Source: Alkanindiges sp. WGS2144
GTDB lineage: Bacteria > Pseudomonadota > Gammaproteobacteria > Pseudomonadales > Moraxellaceae
Length of the DNA: 32,000 nucleotides
Strand: one strand, 5' to 3'
Assembly (NCBI RefSeq): GCF_043950625.1
Contig: NZ_CP171007.1
The position numbers and the translations under genes were made by a program. The stretch's first letter is position 1. Each line of letters opens with the position of its first letter. Positions 1 to 10,000 of the stretch are shown here, piece after piece. Under the pieces are notes generated by a model. That model did not search any database and was not told where the DNA came from. It worked only from the letters and a program-made list of their open reading frames with translations.

Positions 1-1
1 T

Positions 2-685
2 TTTGAGTGGGCACGCTTAATTCCTAATCAGCACCAAAAGCTTTATGCGGCAGGGGTAGCTGTCATTTCAGCGCTAGCCTTTGCAGTGGCAGATGTGTGG
101 CCTTTTTTATGGATGCTGTCGTTATTAATCTGGTTGATTAGTCTGATCTGGGTTACTCAATATCCCCAGAAAACTGGCTGGTATCATCCTGCCTTAAATG
201 GCGTGGGAGTAGTTTTGCTGGTTGCTGCCGTGGTTGCCATTTTCAGTTTATGGCAGCAGTCGCCATGGTGGCTGATGTATGTGTTTACTCTGGTATGGGG
301 TGCAGATAGTGGTGCTTATTTTGCCGGACGAGCACTGGGTAAGCATAAGCTGGCACCGCATGTAAGCCCCAACAAATCGATTGAAGGTCTGATAGGCGGA
401 CTGGCCTTAACTGTAATGATCATTCTGGCGGTGGCGTTTACCCAGCTTGATTTAACACCTGTGGCGCTGACCAGTTTTATTGCCTTATCAATCTTTACTG
501 TTCTGGCTTCGGTACAAGGCGATTTGTTTGAGTCCATGGTCAAGCGCAAAGCGGGCATTAAGGATTCTGGAAAAATATTGCCGGGGCACGGTGGTGTGCT
601 GGATCGTATTGATTCCCTGCTGGCAGCAGCACCTGTTTTTGCACTGGGTTTATGGTTGCAGCAGCAGTTTCTGGGCGGATTTTAA
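2..685 (+). CDS. cdsA: Phosphatidate cytidylyltransferase (CDP-diglyceride synthase), 5'-truncated at window edge
   Basis: The frame is open from nt 2 (FEWARLIPNQ...), so the real start lies upstream of the window. C-terminal CdsA signature is present: SPNKSIEG ... GDLFESMVKRKAGIKDSGKILPGHGGVLDRIDS. The profile is hydrophobic and multi-TM. The TAA stop abuts the dxr ATG (TAAATG). Synteny cdsA-dxr-rseP-bamA is conserved. Confidence 0.9.
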   Translation, partial: FEWARLIPNQHQKLYAAGVAVISALAFAVADVWPFLWMLSLLIWLISLIWVTQYPQKTGWYHPALNGVGVVLLVAAVVAIFSLWQQSPWWLMYVFTLVWGADSGAYFAGRALGKHKLAPHVSPNKSIEGLIGGLALTVMIILAVAFTQLDLTPVALTSFIALSIFTVLASVQGDLFESMVKRKAGIKDSGKILPGHGGVLDRIDSLLAAAPVFALGLWLQQQFLGGF

Positions 686-1915
686 ATGTCAGTGCAACAG
701 GTAACTGTTCTAGGTGCAACAGGTTCCATTGGTCAGAGCACCTTAAAAGTATTAAGCCAGCATACTGAACGCTATCAGGTGTATGCACTGACCGGTTTTA
801 GCCGCCTAGAGCAACTGGCTCAACTCACCAGTCAGTATCTTCCCAAAGTGGTGGTGGTAGATACTGCAAAGAAAGATCAGTTTATTGAACAGTTAAAATT
901 ACATTGTAATGACAAGATTATAAATTCTATAGAAGTGCTGGAAGGAGAAGCCGGCTTATGTGAAGTGGCCGCAACAGATCGTGTTGATATTGTGATGGCA
1001 GCTATTGTAGGCAGTGCAGGCCTAAAGCCCACACTGGCTGCTGTTGATGCTGGCAAACGTGTATTGCTCGCCAATAAGGAGTCGCTGGTAATGGCCGGAG
1101 AGCTATTTATGCAGCGGGTCCGGCAGGCACAGGCAACCTTGTTACCGGTAGATTCCGAGCACAATGCGATTTTTCAATGCTTGCCGCCAGATTATTTTGA
1201 CACATTGACGCGCTTTAACGAACAGGGTAATCGTGCAGGGGTGTCGCAGGTGCTCCTGACTGCATCAGGTGGGCCTTTTAGAACATGGTCACTAGAGCAA
1301 ATGCAGCAAGTAACTCCAGCACAGGCCTGTCAGCATCCCAATTGGTCCATGGGACAAAAAATTTCAGTAGATTCCGCAACTTTAATGAATAAAGGGCTAG
1401 AGCTAATCGAAGCCTGTCATTTATTTGAACTCCCAGTTGAGCGGGTAACGGTAGTGATTCATCCTGAAAGTATTGTTCATTCACTGGTACAATATATTGA
1501 TGGCTCAACGCTGGCACAAATGGGGAATCCGGATATGTGTACGCCAATTGCACATGCCCTGGCCTGGCCACAGCGCATTACAGCACCAGTTCCAGCACTG
1601 GATCTATTCAAGGTTCAGCAACTGCACTTTGAAGCACCGGATAACACTCGCTTTCCTGCTTTAGGTCTGGCACAAGAAGCCATGCGGCAGGGCGGCTGTT
1701 TGCCTGCCATACTCAATGCCAGTAATGAAATTGCAGTGGCGGCATTTTTGTGTGGTAAGCTTGCATTTACACAGATTACACAGCTCATACACGCAGTGAT
1801 AACACAAATGAATGTGCTTCCTGCACACGATCTTGGCACAATTCTGGCTCAAGACCTTGAGGCGCGGGCGCTTGCAAGGCAATGGATAGCGGCGCATGCC
1901 AGTAGGGGTTCATGA
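686..1915 (+). CDS. dxr: 1-deoxy-D-xylulose 5-phosphate reductoisomerase
   Basis: 409 aa. N-terminal NADPH-binding motif VTVLGATGSIGQSTL. Conserved LANKESLV, DSEHNAIFQCL, NKGLELIEA and HPESIVHSLVQYIDGS blocks. ATG sits directly after the cdsA stop, and the 3' end overlaps the rseP start (ATGA). Confidence 0.96.
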   Translation: MSVQQVTVLGATGSIGQSTLKVLSQHTERYQVYALTGFSRLEQLAQLTSQYLPKVVVVDTAKKDQFIEQLKLHCNDKIINSIEVLEGEAGLCEVAATDRVDIVMAAIVGSAGLKPTLAAVDAGKRVLLANKESLVMAGELFMQRVRQAQATLLPVDSEHNAIFQCLPPDYFDTLTRFNEQGNRAGVSQVLLTASGGPFRTWSLEQMQQVTPAQACQHPNWSMGQKISVDSATLMNKGLELIEACHLFELPVERVTVVIHPESIVHSLVQYIDGSTLAQMGNPDMCTPIAHALAWPQRITAPVPALDLFKVQQLHFEAPDNTRFPALGLAQEAMRQGGCLPAILNASNEIAVAAFLCGKLAFTQITQLIHAVITQMNVLPAHDLGTILAQDLEARALARQWIAAHASRGS

Positions 1916-3267
1916 ATATACTATTTATTATTCTTGCAGCAATCGTATTGCTTGGCCCACTTATTGCCATTCATGAGTTTGGTCACTTCTGGGTGGCACG
2001 GCGCATGGGCGTTAAGGTGCTGGTCTATTCCATCGGCTTTGGCCCCACGCTGCTCAAGTGGCATGGTAAAGACGGCGTTTGCTACCAGATTGCGGCAATT
2101 CCACTGGGCGGCTATGTGCGCATGGCGGATGAGCGCGAAGGCGAGGTTGCTCCGGAAGATATTCCTTATGCCTTTAATCGCCAGTCAGCCTGGCGGCGTA
2201 TGGCTATTGTGGCGGCAGGTCCCGGTATTAACCTGCTGTTTGCCATTTTACTGTTCTGGATTTTATTTTTGCCTGCCAGTGAGCAGCTGAACACCCGTAT
2301 TGGACAGGTGCAGGCTAACTCACCGGCAGCACAGGCTGGCTTGCTGGTGGGTGACCGCATTACTGCAATAGATGGTCAGCAAGCGCAAACCTGGGAGAGC
2401 CTGAATTACGCACTGGTTGAGCGTATGGGTGAAACAGGTACCATTCAGGTGACTGCCGAGCGTAACCAGCAATTGCACCACTTTAATGTGCCCATTGAGC
2501 AGTTTATGCGTAATGGCAACCAGACGCCGCTGGAGCAATTGGGATTTTTTCCTTATCAACCGGAAATTGCACCTGTTATTGGTGACCTGAGTAGCAATGA
2601 ACCCGCAGAACAGCAAGGCTTAAAAGTGGGCGATCGCATTGTTCAGATTAACCAGCAGCCGGTTAAACAGTGGATGGAAGTTACTCGTATTGTACGTGCC
2701 AATCCTGAAAAGCCGCTAACGTTCAGCATCTTGCGTGACAGTAAACCGCTTGAACTTCAGCTCACTCCCAAGGCAAAACGCGATGCGGTCGGCAGTGAAT
2801 ATGGCTTTTTAGGAGCTGGCGCGAAAATCGAAAATTATAAAATTCCAACAGAATACACGCAAACAATTCAGTACAGTCCGCTCACTGCGCTCTTTAAGGC
2901 AGTCGATAAAACCTGGCAATTGTCAGTGATGACGGTCAAGGCGATGGGTAAAATGATCTCTGGCCTGATTGGTCTGGATAACCTGTCAGGGCCAATTACC
3001 ATTGCCAAGGTGGCAGGTCAAAGTGCTGAAATGGGCTGGCAAGCGTTTTTTTCCTTTATGGCATTGATGAGTGTTAGTCTGGGAATTTTGAACTTATTAC
3101 CGATTCCAGTACTTGATGGTGGACATTTAGTTTATTATTTTATTGAGGCACTACGTGGTAAGCCGGTATCTGAACAAATCCAAATGGTTGGCTTACGCAT
3201 TGGGATTGTATTGCTTGGGGCTTTAATGATCCTTGCATTATTTAATGATTTTGCACGGCTAATATAA
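1912..3267 (+). CDS. rseP: RIP zinc metalloprotease RseP (site-2 protease)
   Basis: 451 aa. HEFGHFWVARR (HExxH) lies in the first TM segment. Two PDZ-like segments (AAQAGLLVGDRITAIDG and AEQQGLKVGDRIVQING). C-terminal NLLPIPVLDGGH motif. Conserved position between dxr and bamA. Confidence 0.94.
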   Translation: MNILFIILAAIVLLGPLIAIHEFGHFWVARRMGVKVLVYSIGFGPTLLKWHGKDGVCYQIAAIPLGGYVRMADEREGEVAPEDIPYAFNRQSAWRRMAIVAAGPGINLLFAILLFWILFLPASEQLNTRIGQVQANSPAAQAGLLVGDRITAIDGQQAQTWESLNYALVERMGETGTIQVTAERNQQLHHFNVPIEQFMRNGNQTPLEQLGFFPYQPEIAPVIGDLSSNEPAEQQGLKVGDRIVQINQQPVKQWMEVTRIVRANPEKPLTFSILRDSKPLELQLTPKAKRDAVGSEYGFLGAGAKIENYKIPTEYTQTIQYSPLTALFKAVDKTWQLSVMTVKAMGKMISGLIGLDNLSGPITIAKVAGQSAEMGWQAFFSFMALMSVSLGILNLLPIPVLDGGHLVYYFIEALRGKPVSEQIQMVGLRIGIVLLGALMILALFNDFARLI

Positions 3268-3319
3268 ATTACTGTGTAAGTATGAATTTTACTATTTTTA
3301 ACTTCTGGAACCCTTAGGC

Positions 3320-5818
3320 ATGCGGCACTTACCTTTTACACTGCCTCTGACACTGATTAGCGCAATGGCAATTGTACAACAAGCCAGCGCTGAAGATTTT
3401 GTAGCACGTGATATTCGAATAGAAGGGCTGGTTCGCTTAACTCCGGCCAGTGTTTACGGTGTGCTGCCTGTTAATAGCGGTGATCAGGTTACTGATGCAA
3501 AAGTCGCTGATAGCATTCGCGCCCTGTACGCTACTGGTAATTTTGATGACATACAAAGTGTACGGGATGGCGATACTTTAATATTTAAGGTGGTTGAGCG
3601 TCCGGTGATCTCTACCATTACCTTTAAAGGCAATAAGCTGATTCCTACTGACACCTTAAAGCAGGGACTAAAATCCCTGAATGTGTCAGAGGGTCAGGTA
3701 TTAAAGCGTGCCACGTTGCAAACGGTTGAAAATGAGCTTGAACAGCAATATGCCCAGCAAGGTCGTTATGATGCAGATGTTACTGTGGAGACCACCCCAC
3801 GTGCCAATAACCGGGTGGAGCTAACCTTTAACTTTATTGAAGGGAATGCTGCCAAAGTATTTGATATTAACGTTATTGGTAATACCGTATTTAAAGATAG
3901 CGATATTTTGCAAGCATTTACGGTTAAAGAAAGCAGTTGGTCGTCAGTCTTAACACGTAATGACCGTTATGCTCGTGAACGTATGACTGCCAGTCTGGAA
4001 AACCTGCGGGCGCTTTATCTCAATAAAGGCTATATTAACTTTAATATCAATGATGCACAGCTCAACATCAGCGAAGACAAAAAACGCATCTTTATTGAAG
4101 TCAGTATCAGCGAAGGTGAGCAATACCAATTCGGACAGGTGAAGTTTCTGGGCGATACCCTGTTTCCACAAAATGAATTGCAAAGCCTGGCTGTATTTAA
4201 GGAGGGCGCTGTTTATTCGCAAGCTCAGGTCAACGGCGTTAAAGAGCTGCTTTCGCGTAAATATGGCAATGCCGGTTATTATTTTGCTGAAATCAATGCC
4301 GTTCCAGATATTGATGAAGACAATAAAACTGTCAGCATTAATTACTACATTAATCCGGGTAAACAGGTCACTGTACGCCGGATTAACTTTAATGGTAACA
4401 ACAAAACTGCCGATGAAGTCCTGCGCCGTGAAATGCGCCAGATGGAAGGCGCCCTGGCCAGCAATGAAAAAATTGACTTGTCTAAAGTACGGTTAGAGCG
4501 TACCGGTTATTTTAAAACCGTTGCTATTGAGCCTGTACGGGTACCCAACACTGCCGACCAGATTGATTTAAACGTTAAAGTGGAAGAACAAAGTTCAGGC
4601 ACCAGCACGGTTGCAGTAGGTTACTCGCAAGGCGGCGGCGTAACCTTCCAGCTTGGCTTGAGCCAGACCAACTTTTTAGGCACAGGCAATCAGTTTGCCA
4701 TTGACCTGTCACGCTCGGAAACACTGGATTATTATAACCTAAACGTGCTGGATCCTTACTTTACCATTGATGGCATTAGCCGTGGCTATAATGCCTATTA
4801 CCGTAAGACCAAACTTAACAGACTTAACGTAAGCACCTATGTGACAGACTCTATCGGTGGTAGCTTAACGTTTGGTTATCCGATTGATGAGAACCAGAGT
4901 GTTAGCACGTCGCTAAATATAGATGATACAGAAGTTAATACCGGGCAATTTGTTTCTGTTTCAATTCGGGATTATTTACTGGCTCATGGCGGCAAGGTAA
5001 CAGCCCAAACCATTCCTTATAAAAATGGTGAGCAACAAAAAGACGATAAAGGTAACCCAGTTTATTTAACAGATGAGCACGGCAAACAAATTCTAGATAA
5101 AGACCAGAAGCCGATTCCGGTTTATACACAAGTGCCTGACTATGACAACGCTTACGGCAGAGCATTTACGGGTGACTACTTAACTTATAATCTAAACCTG
5201 GCCTGGGCATATAACACCTTGAACCGCCCGGTATTTCCAACGCGAGGCCTTTACCACCGCCTATCGCTGGATATTGCCGTGCCTGGCAGTGACGTAGAGT
5301 ATCAAAAGCTAACCTATGACACCCAGGCATTTTTCCCTTTAGGTGACAAATTTGTATTTCGCACTTATGGTAGGTTAGGCTATGGTAATGACCTGCCATT
5401 TTACAAAAACTTCTTTGCTGGAGGCTATGGCTCGGTACGTGGCTATCGTGAAAGCACATTAGGTCCACGTAGTCCTGCAGTGATCTATCAGGAAACTGGT
5501 AGTATAGATCCCGACCCGGAAGCTATTGGTGGTAATGCACTGATTCAGGGTGGTGCAGAGTTGGTGTTACCTTTGCCGTTCAAGGGTGACTGGACACGTC
5601 AGCTCAGGCCGGTAATTTTTGTTGAAGGCGGCCAGGTTTATAATACAAAATCCAAGGATTTTGAGATTAATGCTGATAATCTGCGTTATAGTGCAGGAGC
5701 AGGCTTTACCTGGATTACCGTCATTGGCCCGCTATCATTAAGCTATGCCTATCCATTAAATAGCAAGGATGGTGATGAAACAAAACGCGTTCAGTTTGAA
5801 ATTGGCCGTACCTTTTAA
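3320..5818 (+). CDS. bamA: Outer membrane protein assembly factor BamA
   Basis: 832 aa. Signal peptide ends ...QQASA/ED. Repeated POTRA-type segments (IRIEGL..., ITFKGN..., INVIGN..., VKFLGD..., INFNGN...). C-terminal beta-barrel ends in an aromatic residue (..FEIGRTF). Conserved synteny. Confidence 0.96.
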   Translation: MRHLPFTLPLTLISAMAIVQQASAEDFVARDIRIEGLVRLTPASVYGVLPVNSGDQVTDAKVADSIRALYATGNFDDIQSVRDGDTLIFKVVERPVISTITFKGNKLIPTDTLKQGLKSLNVSEGQVLKRATLQTVENELEQQYAQQGRYDADVTVETTPRANNRVELTFNFIEGNAAKVFDINVIGNTVFKDSDILQAFTVKESSWSSVLTRNDRYARERMTASLENLRALYLNKGYINFNINDAQLNISEDKKRIFIEVSISEGEQYQFGQVKFLGDTLFPQNELQSLAVFKEGAVYSQAQVNGVKELLSRKYGNAGYYFAEINAVPDIDEDNKTVSINYYINPGKQVTVRRINFNGNNKTADEVLRREMRQMEGALASNEKIDLSKVRLERTGYFKTVAIEPVRVPNTADQIDLNVKVEEQSSGTSTVAVGYSQGGGVTFQLGLSQTNFLGTGNQFAIDLSRSETLDYYNLNVLDPYFTIDGISRGYNAYYRKTKLNRLNVSTYVTDSIGGSLTFGYPIDENQSVSTSLNIDDTEVNTGQFVSVSIRDYLLAHGGKVTAQTIPYKNGEQQKDDKGNPVYLTDEHGKQILDKDQKPIPVYTQVPDYDNAYGRAFTGDYLTYNLNLAWAYNTLNRPVFPTRGLYHRLSLDIAVPGSDVEYQKLTYDTQAFFPLGDKFVFRTYGRLGYGNDLPFYKNFFAGGYGSVRGYRESTLGPRSPAVIYQETGSIDPDPEAIGGNALIQGGAELVLPLPFKGDWTRQLRPVIFVEGGQVYNTKSKDFEINADNLRYSAGAGFTWITVIGPLSLSYAYPLNSKDGDETKRVQFEIGRTF

Positions 5819-5863
5819 GCAAGCGGATGCTTGAAGAACACACACTTACACAAGGAGTTAATT

Positions 5864-6367
5864 ATGCGTCATCTATTTGCAACAGCAGTGTTTTCCATTG
5901 CTGCACTCACAGCAGGGACTGCTAATGCTAATAATGTTGCAGTTGCAGACTCACAGGCGGCAATTTTTAATTCAAATTATGCCAAGCAGACGATTAATAG
6001 TTTGAATACCAGCTTAAAGCCGCAGCGTGACCGTATTGCTGCGCTGCAAAAAGAGTTGGCCGGTATTGAAAATCGCTTCAAGACTGATGCCAAAGTACTT
6101 AAGGAAGATCAGATTCGTTCGCTGCAAGCTCAGGCACAAAGCAAGATTAATGAGTACAACAGTACTGCTGAAGGTCTGCAAAAGCGGGTAGATGAAACCC
6201 AGGCTACCATGTATAAGACATTGCTGCCCAAACTTGAAAAAATCATTGAAGATTTACGCAAGGAAGGCAACTATGACATTATCATTGAAAAGAAAAATGC
6301 CATCTGGTCAAGCCCTGGCGTGGACTTAACTGACAAAATTACCCAGCGTCTTAATGCCAACCCTTAA
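5864..6367 (+). CDS. skp: Periplasmic chaperone Skp (OmpH family)
   Basis: The track ORF starts at TTG 5831. ATG 5864 is preferred because AAGGAG lies 7 nt upstream and it gives MRHLFATAVFSIAALTAGTANA, a signal peptide. The mature part is a K/Q/E-rich helical protein of ~145 aa, as expected for Skp between bamA and lpxD. Confidence 0.87.
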   Translation: MRHLFATAVFSIAALTAGTANANNVAVADSQAAIFNSNYAKQTINSLNTSLKPQRDRIAALQKELAGIENRFKTDAKVLKEDQIRSLQAQAQSKINEYNSTAEGLQKRVDETQATMYKTLLPKLEKIIEDLRKEGNYDIIIEKKNAIWSSPGVDLTDKITQRLNANP

Positions 6368-6387
6368 TACTGTAGTGTATTGATCGT

Positions 6388-7479
6388 ATGGCCGGGCATA
6401 TATTGACCCTGGGGCAATTAGCTGAACAGCTTAATGCTCAGCTCATTGGCGACCCTAAAATGGTAATTACCGGCCTGGCATCCTTACAACATGCCCGGTC
6501 GGAGCATTTGTCGTTTTTATCCAATAGTCGTTATACGTCACAGCTTGAGACTACACAGGCAGGTGCAGTACTGATTAAGCAGGAGCATCTGGCCGGTTAT
6601 GAAGGTGCTGCGCTGATAGTACCTAATCCCTATGCTGCTTTTGCGGTGCTTAGTCATCTGTTTGACCAAACACCTAAGCCTACCGCTGGTATCCATCCCA
6701 CAGCGGTCATTTCGTCATCCGCCAGTATTAGTGCTTCGGCTTCAATTGGGGCTTTTGTGGTCATAGAAGATGATGTGGTCATTGAAGATAACGTTATTCT
6801 TGAAAGCCATGCTTTTGTTGCTCGTGGCAGCAGAATTGGTAAAGACAGCTGGCTGGATAAGCGGGTAACCGTACAGCACCATTGTGTGCTGGGTGAGCGG
6901 GTAAGAGTACATGCTGGTACCGTAATTGGCGGAGATGGCTTTGGCTTTGCTCCCCATGAGGGTAAATGGTATCGGATTGCCCAGCTCGGCAGTGTCATTA
7001 TAGGTGATGATGTGCGCATTGGTGCCAATTGCACCATTGACCGTGGTGCGCTGGATCATACCAATATTGGTATGGGAGTAATTATTGATAATCTGGTACA
7101 GATTGCACATAACGTCCAGATTGGTGATTACACCGCTATAGCAGCCAATGTCGGAATTGCCGGCAGTGCAGTAATTGGCAGGCATTGTATTATTGGTGGT
7201 GCCAGTGGCATAGCCGGACATTTGAGCATCTGTGACCACGTTCAGCTTACTGGTATGTCCATGATTACCAAATCTATTACCCAGCCCGGTGTGTATTCAT
7301 CGGGTACTTCTTTTTTCGAAAATTCACAGTGGAAAAAAGCGGTGGTACGTTTAAGGCAACTGGCTGATGTACCGGTAAATCAGCTATTTAAACAAATTGA
7401 GCATTTGCAAGCGCGGATTGAACAGGTAGAATCGCGTGCAATGTTTAAACCGCCTTCCTCGCTATCCCAAGATGATTAA
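6388..7479 (+). CDS. lpxD: UDP-3-O-(3-hydroxyacyl)glucosamine N-acyltransferase
   Basis: 363 aa. N-terminal LpxD uridine-binding domain (LGQLAEQLNAQLIGD...). Long left-handed beta-helix hexapeptide repeats (IGAFVVIEDDVVIEDNVILE..., IGDDVRIGANCTIDRG...). C-terminal helical tail. Overlaps the preferred fabZ start by 8 nt. Confidence 0.94.
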   Translation: MAGHILTLGQLAEQLNAQLIGDPKMVITGLASLQHARSEHLSFLSNSRYTSQLETTQAGAVLIKQEHLAGYEGAALIVPNPYAAFAVLSHLFDQTPKPTAGIHPTAVISSSASISASASIGAFVVIEDDVVIEDNVILESHAFVARGSRIGKDSWLDKRVTVQHHCVLGERVRVHAGTVIGGDGFGFAPHEGKWYRIAQLGSVIIGDDVRIGANCTIDRGALDHTNIGMGVIIDNLVQIAHNVQIGDYTAIAANVGIAGSAVIGRHCIIGGASGIAGHLSICDHVQLTGMSMITKSITQPGVYSSGTSFFENSQWKKAVVRLRQLADVPVNQLFKQIEHLQARIEQVESRAMFKPPSSLSQDD

Positions 7480-7960
7480 AAATACCCCTACAGTTACTCT
7501 GGATTACCAGTTACCCATGCAGGCGGATACTATTCGTAGCTTTTTACCGCAACGTTATCCATTCTTGCTGGTGGATCGCATTACCGAAGTAGTGCCCAAT
7601 AAATATATAAAAGCCCTAAAAAACGTTTCAATTAATGAAGAGTACTTTCAGGGGCATTTTCCTGGTTTACCTATTATGCCGGGGGTTCTCATTCTTGAAT
7701 CCATGGCACAGATTGCAGGTATGCTAGGGTTTATCAGTGTGGGTAAGCGACCACGTGATGGCTATATGTTTTTATTTGCAGGTTCTGATAAAGTAAGGTT
7801 TAAACGGCAAGTAGTGCCGGGTGATACCCTGATTATTAGCGCTGAGCTGGTCATGCAGCGCGGGGGAATTTTAAAGTTTGCCTGTCAGGCACATGTAGAA
7901 GATAAACTGGCCGCAAGTGCCGAAGTTCTGGTCTCTGAACAGCAGATTACCCTGATATGA
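7472..7960 (+). CDS. fabZ: 3-hydroxyacyl-ACP dehydratase FabZ
   Basis: Hot-dog fold motifs are present: LPQRYPFLLVDRI and FFQGHFPGLPIMPGVLILESMAQ. The track ORF begins at 7436, inside lpxD. ATG 7472 (MIKNTPTV...) gives a typical ~162 aa FabZ. The stop overlaps the lpxA start (ATGA). Confidence 0.93.
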   Translation: MIKNTPTVTLDYQLPMQADTIRSFLPQRYPFLLVDRITEVVPNKYIKALKNVSINEEYFQGHFPGLPIMPGVLILESMAQIAGMLGFISVGKRPRDGYMFLFAGSDKVRFKRQVVPGDTLIISAELVMQRGGILKFACQAHVEDKLAASAEVLVSEQQITLI

Positions 7961-8760
7961 ACAATATTAATAGACACAATAATAGTAACATTCACTCAAC
8001 TGCCATTGTTGATCCAACAGCGCAAATTGCGGATACCGTAAAAATCGGCGCTTACAGCATTGTAGGGCCTCAGGTAAGTATTGATGAGTACACCGAGATA
8101 GGCTCTCATGTGGTGATTGCTGGTTTTACCCGCATTGGCAAGCGTAACCGTATTTTTCAGTTTGCCAGTATTGGTGAGATCAGTCAGGATCTAAAATTCA
8201 AGGGTGAGGAAACCTGGCTTGAGATCGGTGATGATAATATCATTCGTGAGAGCTGCACTTTGCATCGGGGTACGGTTCAGGACCAGGGTTTAACCCGGAT
8301 TGGTCATCATAATTTGCTGATGGTCAATACCCATATTGCACACGACTGCATCATAGGAAATGACAATATTTTTGCCAATAATGTGGGTATTGCTGGGCAT
8401 GTATTTGTAGGAAACCATATTATTGTTGGAGGTAACTCCGGCGTACACCAGTTTTGCCGCATTGATTCTTTTAGCATGATCGGCGGCGGCAGTACCATTT
8501 TAAAGGATGTACCAGCTTATACCATGGTATCTGGTAATCCTGCCCATGCGCATGGCATGAACTATGAAGGTATGCGGCGTAAAGGCTGGGATAGCAATAA
8601 AATCAACAATCTGCGTAAAGCATTTAAAATTGTATATCGTGAGAACTTAACGACTGTGCAGGCTATTGAGAAATTAAGAGAAGAACTACTGGAGCAAACT
8701 CCCGAGGTTCAATTATTGATTGATTCACTGGTTGGTTCCAAGCGCGGTATTGTGCGTTGA
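7957..8760 (+). CDS. lpxA: Acyl-ACP--UDP-N-acetylglucosamine O-acyltransferase
   Basis: 267 aa. IHSTAIVDPTAQIADTVKIGAYSIVGPQV hexapeptide repeats. Conserved HRGT and IAHDCIIGN blocks. C-terminal helical domain (LRKAFKIVYRENLT...). Follows fabZ as in the canonical lpx cluster. Confidence 0.94.
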   Translation: MNNINRHNNSNIHSTAIVDPTAQIADTVKIGAYSIVGPQVSIDEYTEIGSHVVIAGFTRIGKRNRIFQFASIGEISQDLKFKGEETWLEIGDDNIIRESCTLHRGTVQDQGLTRIGHHNLLMVNTHIAHDCIIGNDNIFANNVGIAGHVFVGNHIIVGGNSGVHQFCRIDSFSMIGGGSTILKDVPAYTMVSGNPAHAHGMNYEGMRRKGWDSNKINNLRKAFKIVYRENLTTVQAIEKLREELLEQTPEVQLLIDSLVGSKRGIVR

Positions 8761-8795
8761 TCGATCAATAATATTTTATTTGATCCCCTTTTCAT

Positions 8796-8836
8796 AAAGC
8801 CGCCGGGATCTATATGGATTTCGGCGGCTTTTGCTT
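8796..8836. terminator. Hairpin terminator between convergent lpxA and the SIMPL-family gene
   Basis: AAAGCCGCCG (8796-8805) pairs with CGGCGGCTTT (8822-8831), giving a 10-bp GC-rich stem and a 16-nt loop. The stem is followed by TGCTT on the + strand. It is placed 36 nt after the lpxA stop and 36 nt after the stop of the minus-strand gene. Confidence 0.65.
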
Positions 8837-8871
8837 GGGATATTCTTTTCCTAAGAGGTGGCGGGCCACGT

Positions 8872-9588
8872 TTAACGTAACTGGACACTGCCGGAAGCAT
8901 TCACCCGAATCTGGCTGTTACCGCCCTGAACATTCTGGCTTTCAATATTCATGCGTGCGTCACTTGCTTTCATGGCTGCATACATAATCGGTGGGCGTTC
9001 GTAGTTGCTGGTGTTTAAGTCAAGACTGACCAGCTCATAGCCACTGGCCTGCCATGATTGCTGTAGCAGTTGCGCCCGCTGCTGAAATGCCTGTGATGCT
9101 TCTACCATCAATTCATTTTCTACTTTTCTGCGCTCAGCATCAGATACACTAAAATCAATGGATTCAATCTGCATATTGCTTTGCAGTGCGGCAACCAAAT
9201 CACTGGCTGCTTTAAAATCTGTGCTTTTAAGCTCAACCTGGGCACGGGCACGCCAGCCTTTTAACTTGTTTTTGTCATCATAAACCGGATAAGTGTTTTG
9301 TCTGCCTGTACTGACTTTTACCTGCGGGTATCTGGTTGCCTGTCGCATGGCTTCATTTATCACCCGGTTAATATCCTGGGCAAGGCTGGCTGGATTATTA
9401 TTGTTGAGTTCAGTAAATAAAATAGCACGCATTTGATCATTGGCTACTTCGCGGCTGGCTTCTGCCTGAAGCTGGATGAGGCGGTATTGCGGTTTTTCCG
9501 GTTCAGCGTTTGCCATTTGTGCCACCCCAAAAAGTGTACTCATTACCAATACTGAATTACATACAGCCCGACTTAATAAGGTTTTCAT
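8872..9588 (-). CDS. SIMPL (DUF541) domain periplasmic protein
   Basis: Signal peptide MKTLLSRAVCNSVLVMSTLFGVAQMANA/EP. The overall pattern matches SIMPL/BP26/YggE-like proteins: about 235 aa, a Q-rich middle, GYELVSLDL, and a C-terminal G.S.IRVNASGSVQL. The track start is TTG 9591; the adjacent ATG 9588 is preferred, with AGGAA 10 nt upstream. Confidence 0.6.
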   Translation of the reverse strand: MKTLLSRAVCNSVLVMSTLFGVAQMANAEPEKPQYRLIQLQAEASREVANDQMRAILFTELNNNNPASLAQDINRVINEAMRQATRYPQVKVSTGRQNTYPVYDDKNKLKGWRARAQVELKSTDFKAASDLVAALQSNMQIESIDFSVSDAERRKVENELMVEASQAFQQRAQLLQQSWQASGYELVSLDLNTSNYERPPIMYAAMKASDARMNIESQNVQGGNSQIRVNASGSVQLR

Positions 9589-10000
9589 CAATTTATCATT
9601 CCTAAGTGAGGATTAGCATAGTGGTACTAATCCTAGTATCCAAATTGAATTAGAGTTTAATTAGGATATATTTAAGCTTTTTCATCAGGGAATCAATAGA
9701 TTAGTGTAAAATTTTCTTTGTTGTTTGGTGAGGGCGTGAAGTCATTGCGGATATTTCCATGAGTATTCGTGTTATTGCAAAAAATAATGGAAAATGATGC
9801 TCAATAGTATCTTAAAGATACAGTTTGCTAGATAAAGTTTCAGTCAAACCAAGAATATAATTACATTATATAGCGCCAGTAACGCACGTATAAGCGATCT
9901 TACGCTTTAAAACACACCTCCATACTTATCCATGTTAAGTGTTTAATTAAGCTCTGTTAGCGTTTCACAGACGTTAAACATCGATTACAGGAAAAATGCC

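Noticed and set aside
6654-7239. Two long antisense ORFs inside lpxD (6742-7239, 165 aa; 6654-7037, 127 aa)
   Set aside because: They lie fully inside a confidently identified lpxD. The periodic hexapeptide-repeat coding sequence typically leaves the opposite strand open. The products are low-complexity with no recognisable motif, start context or RBS.
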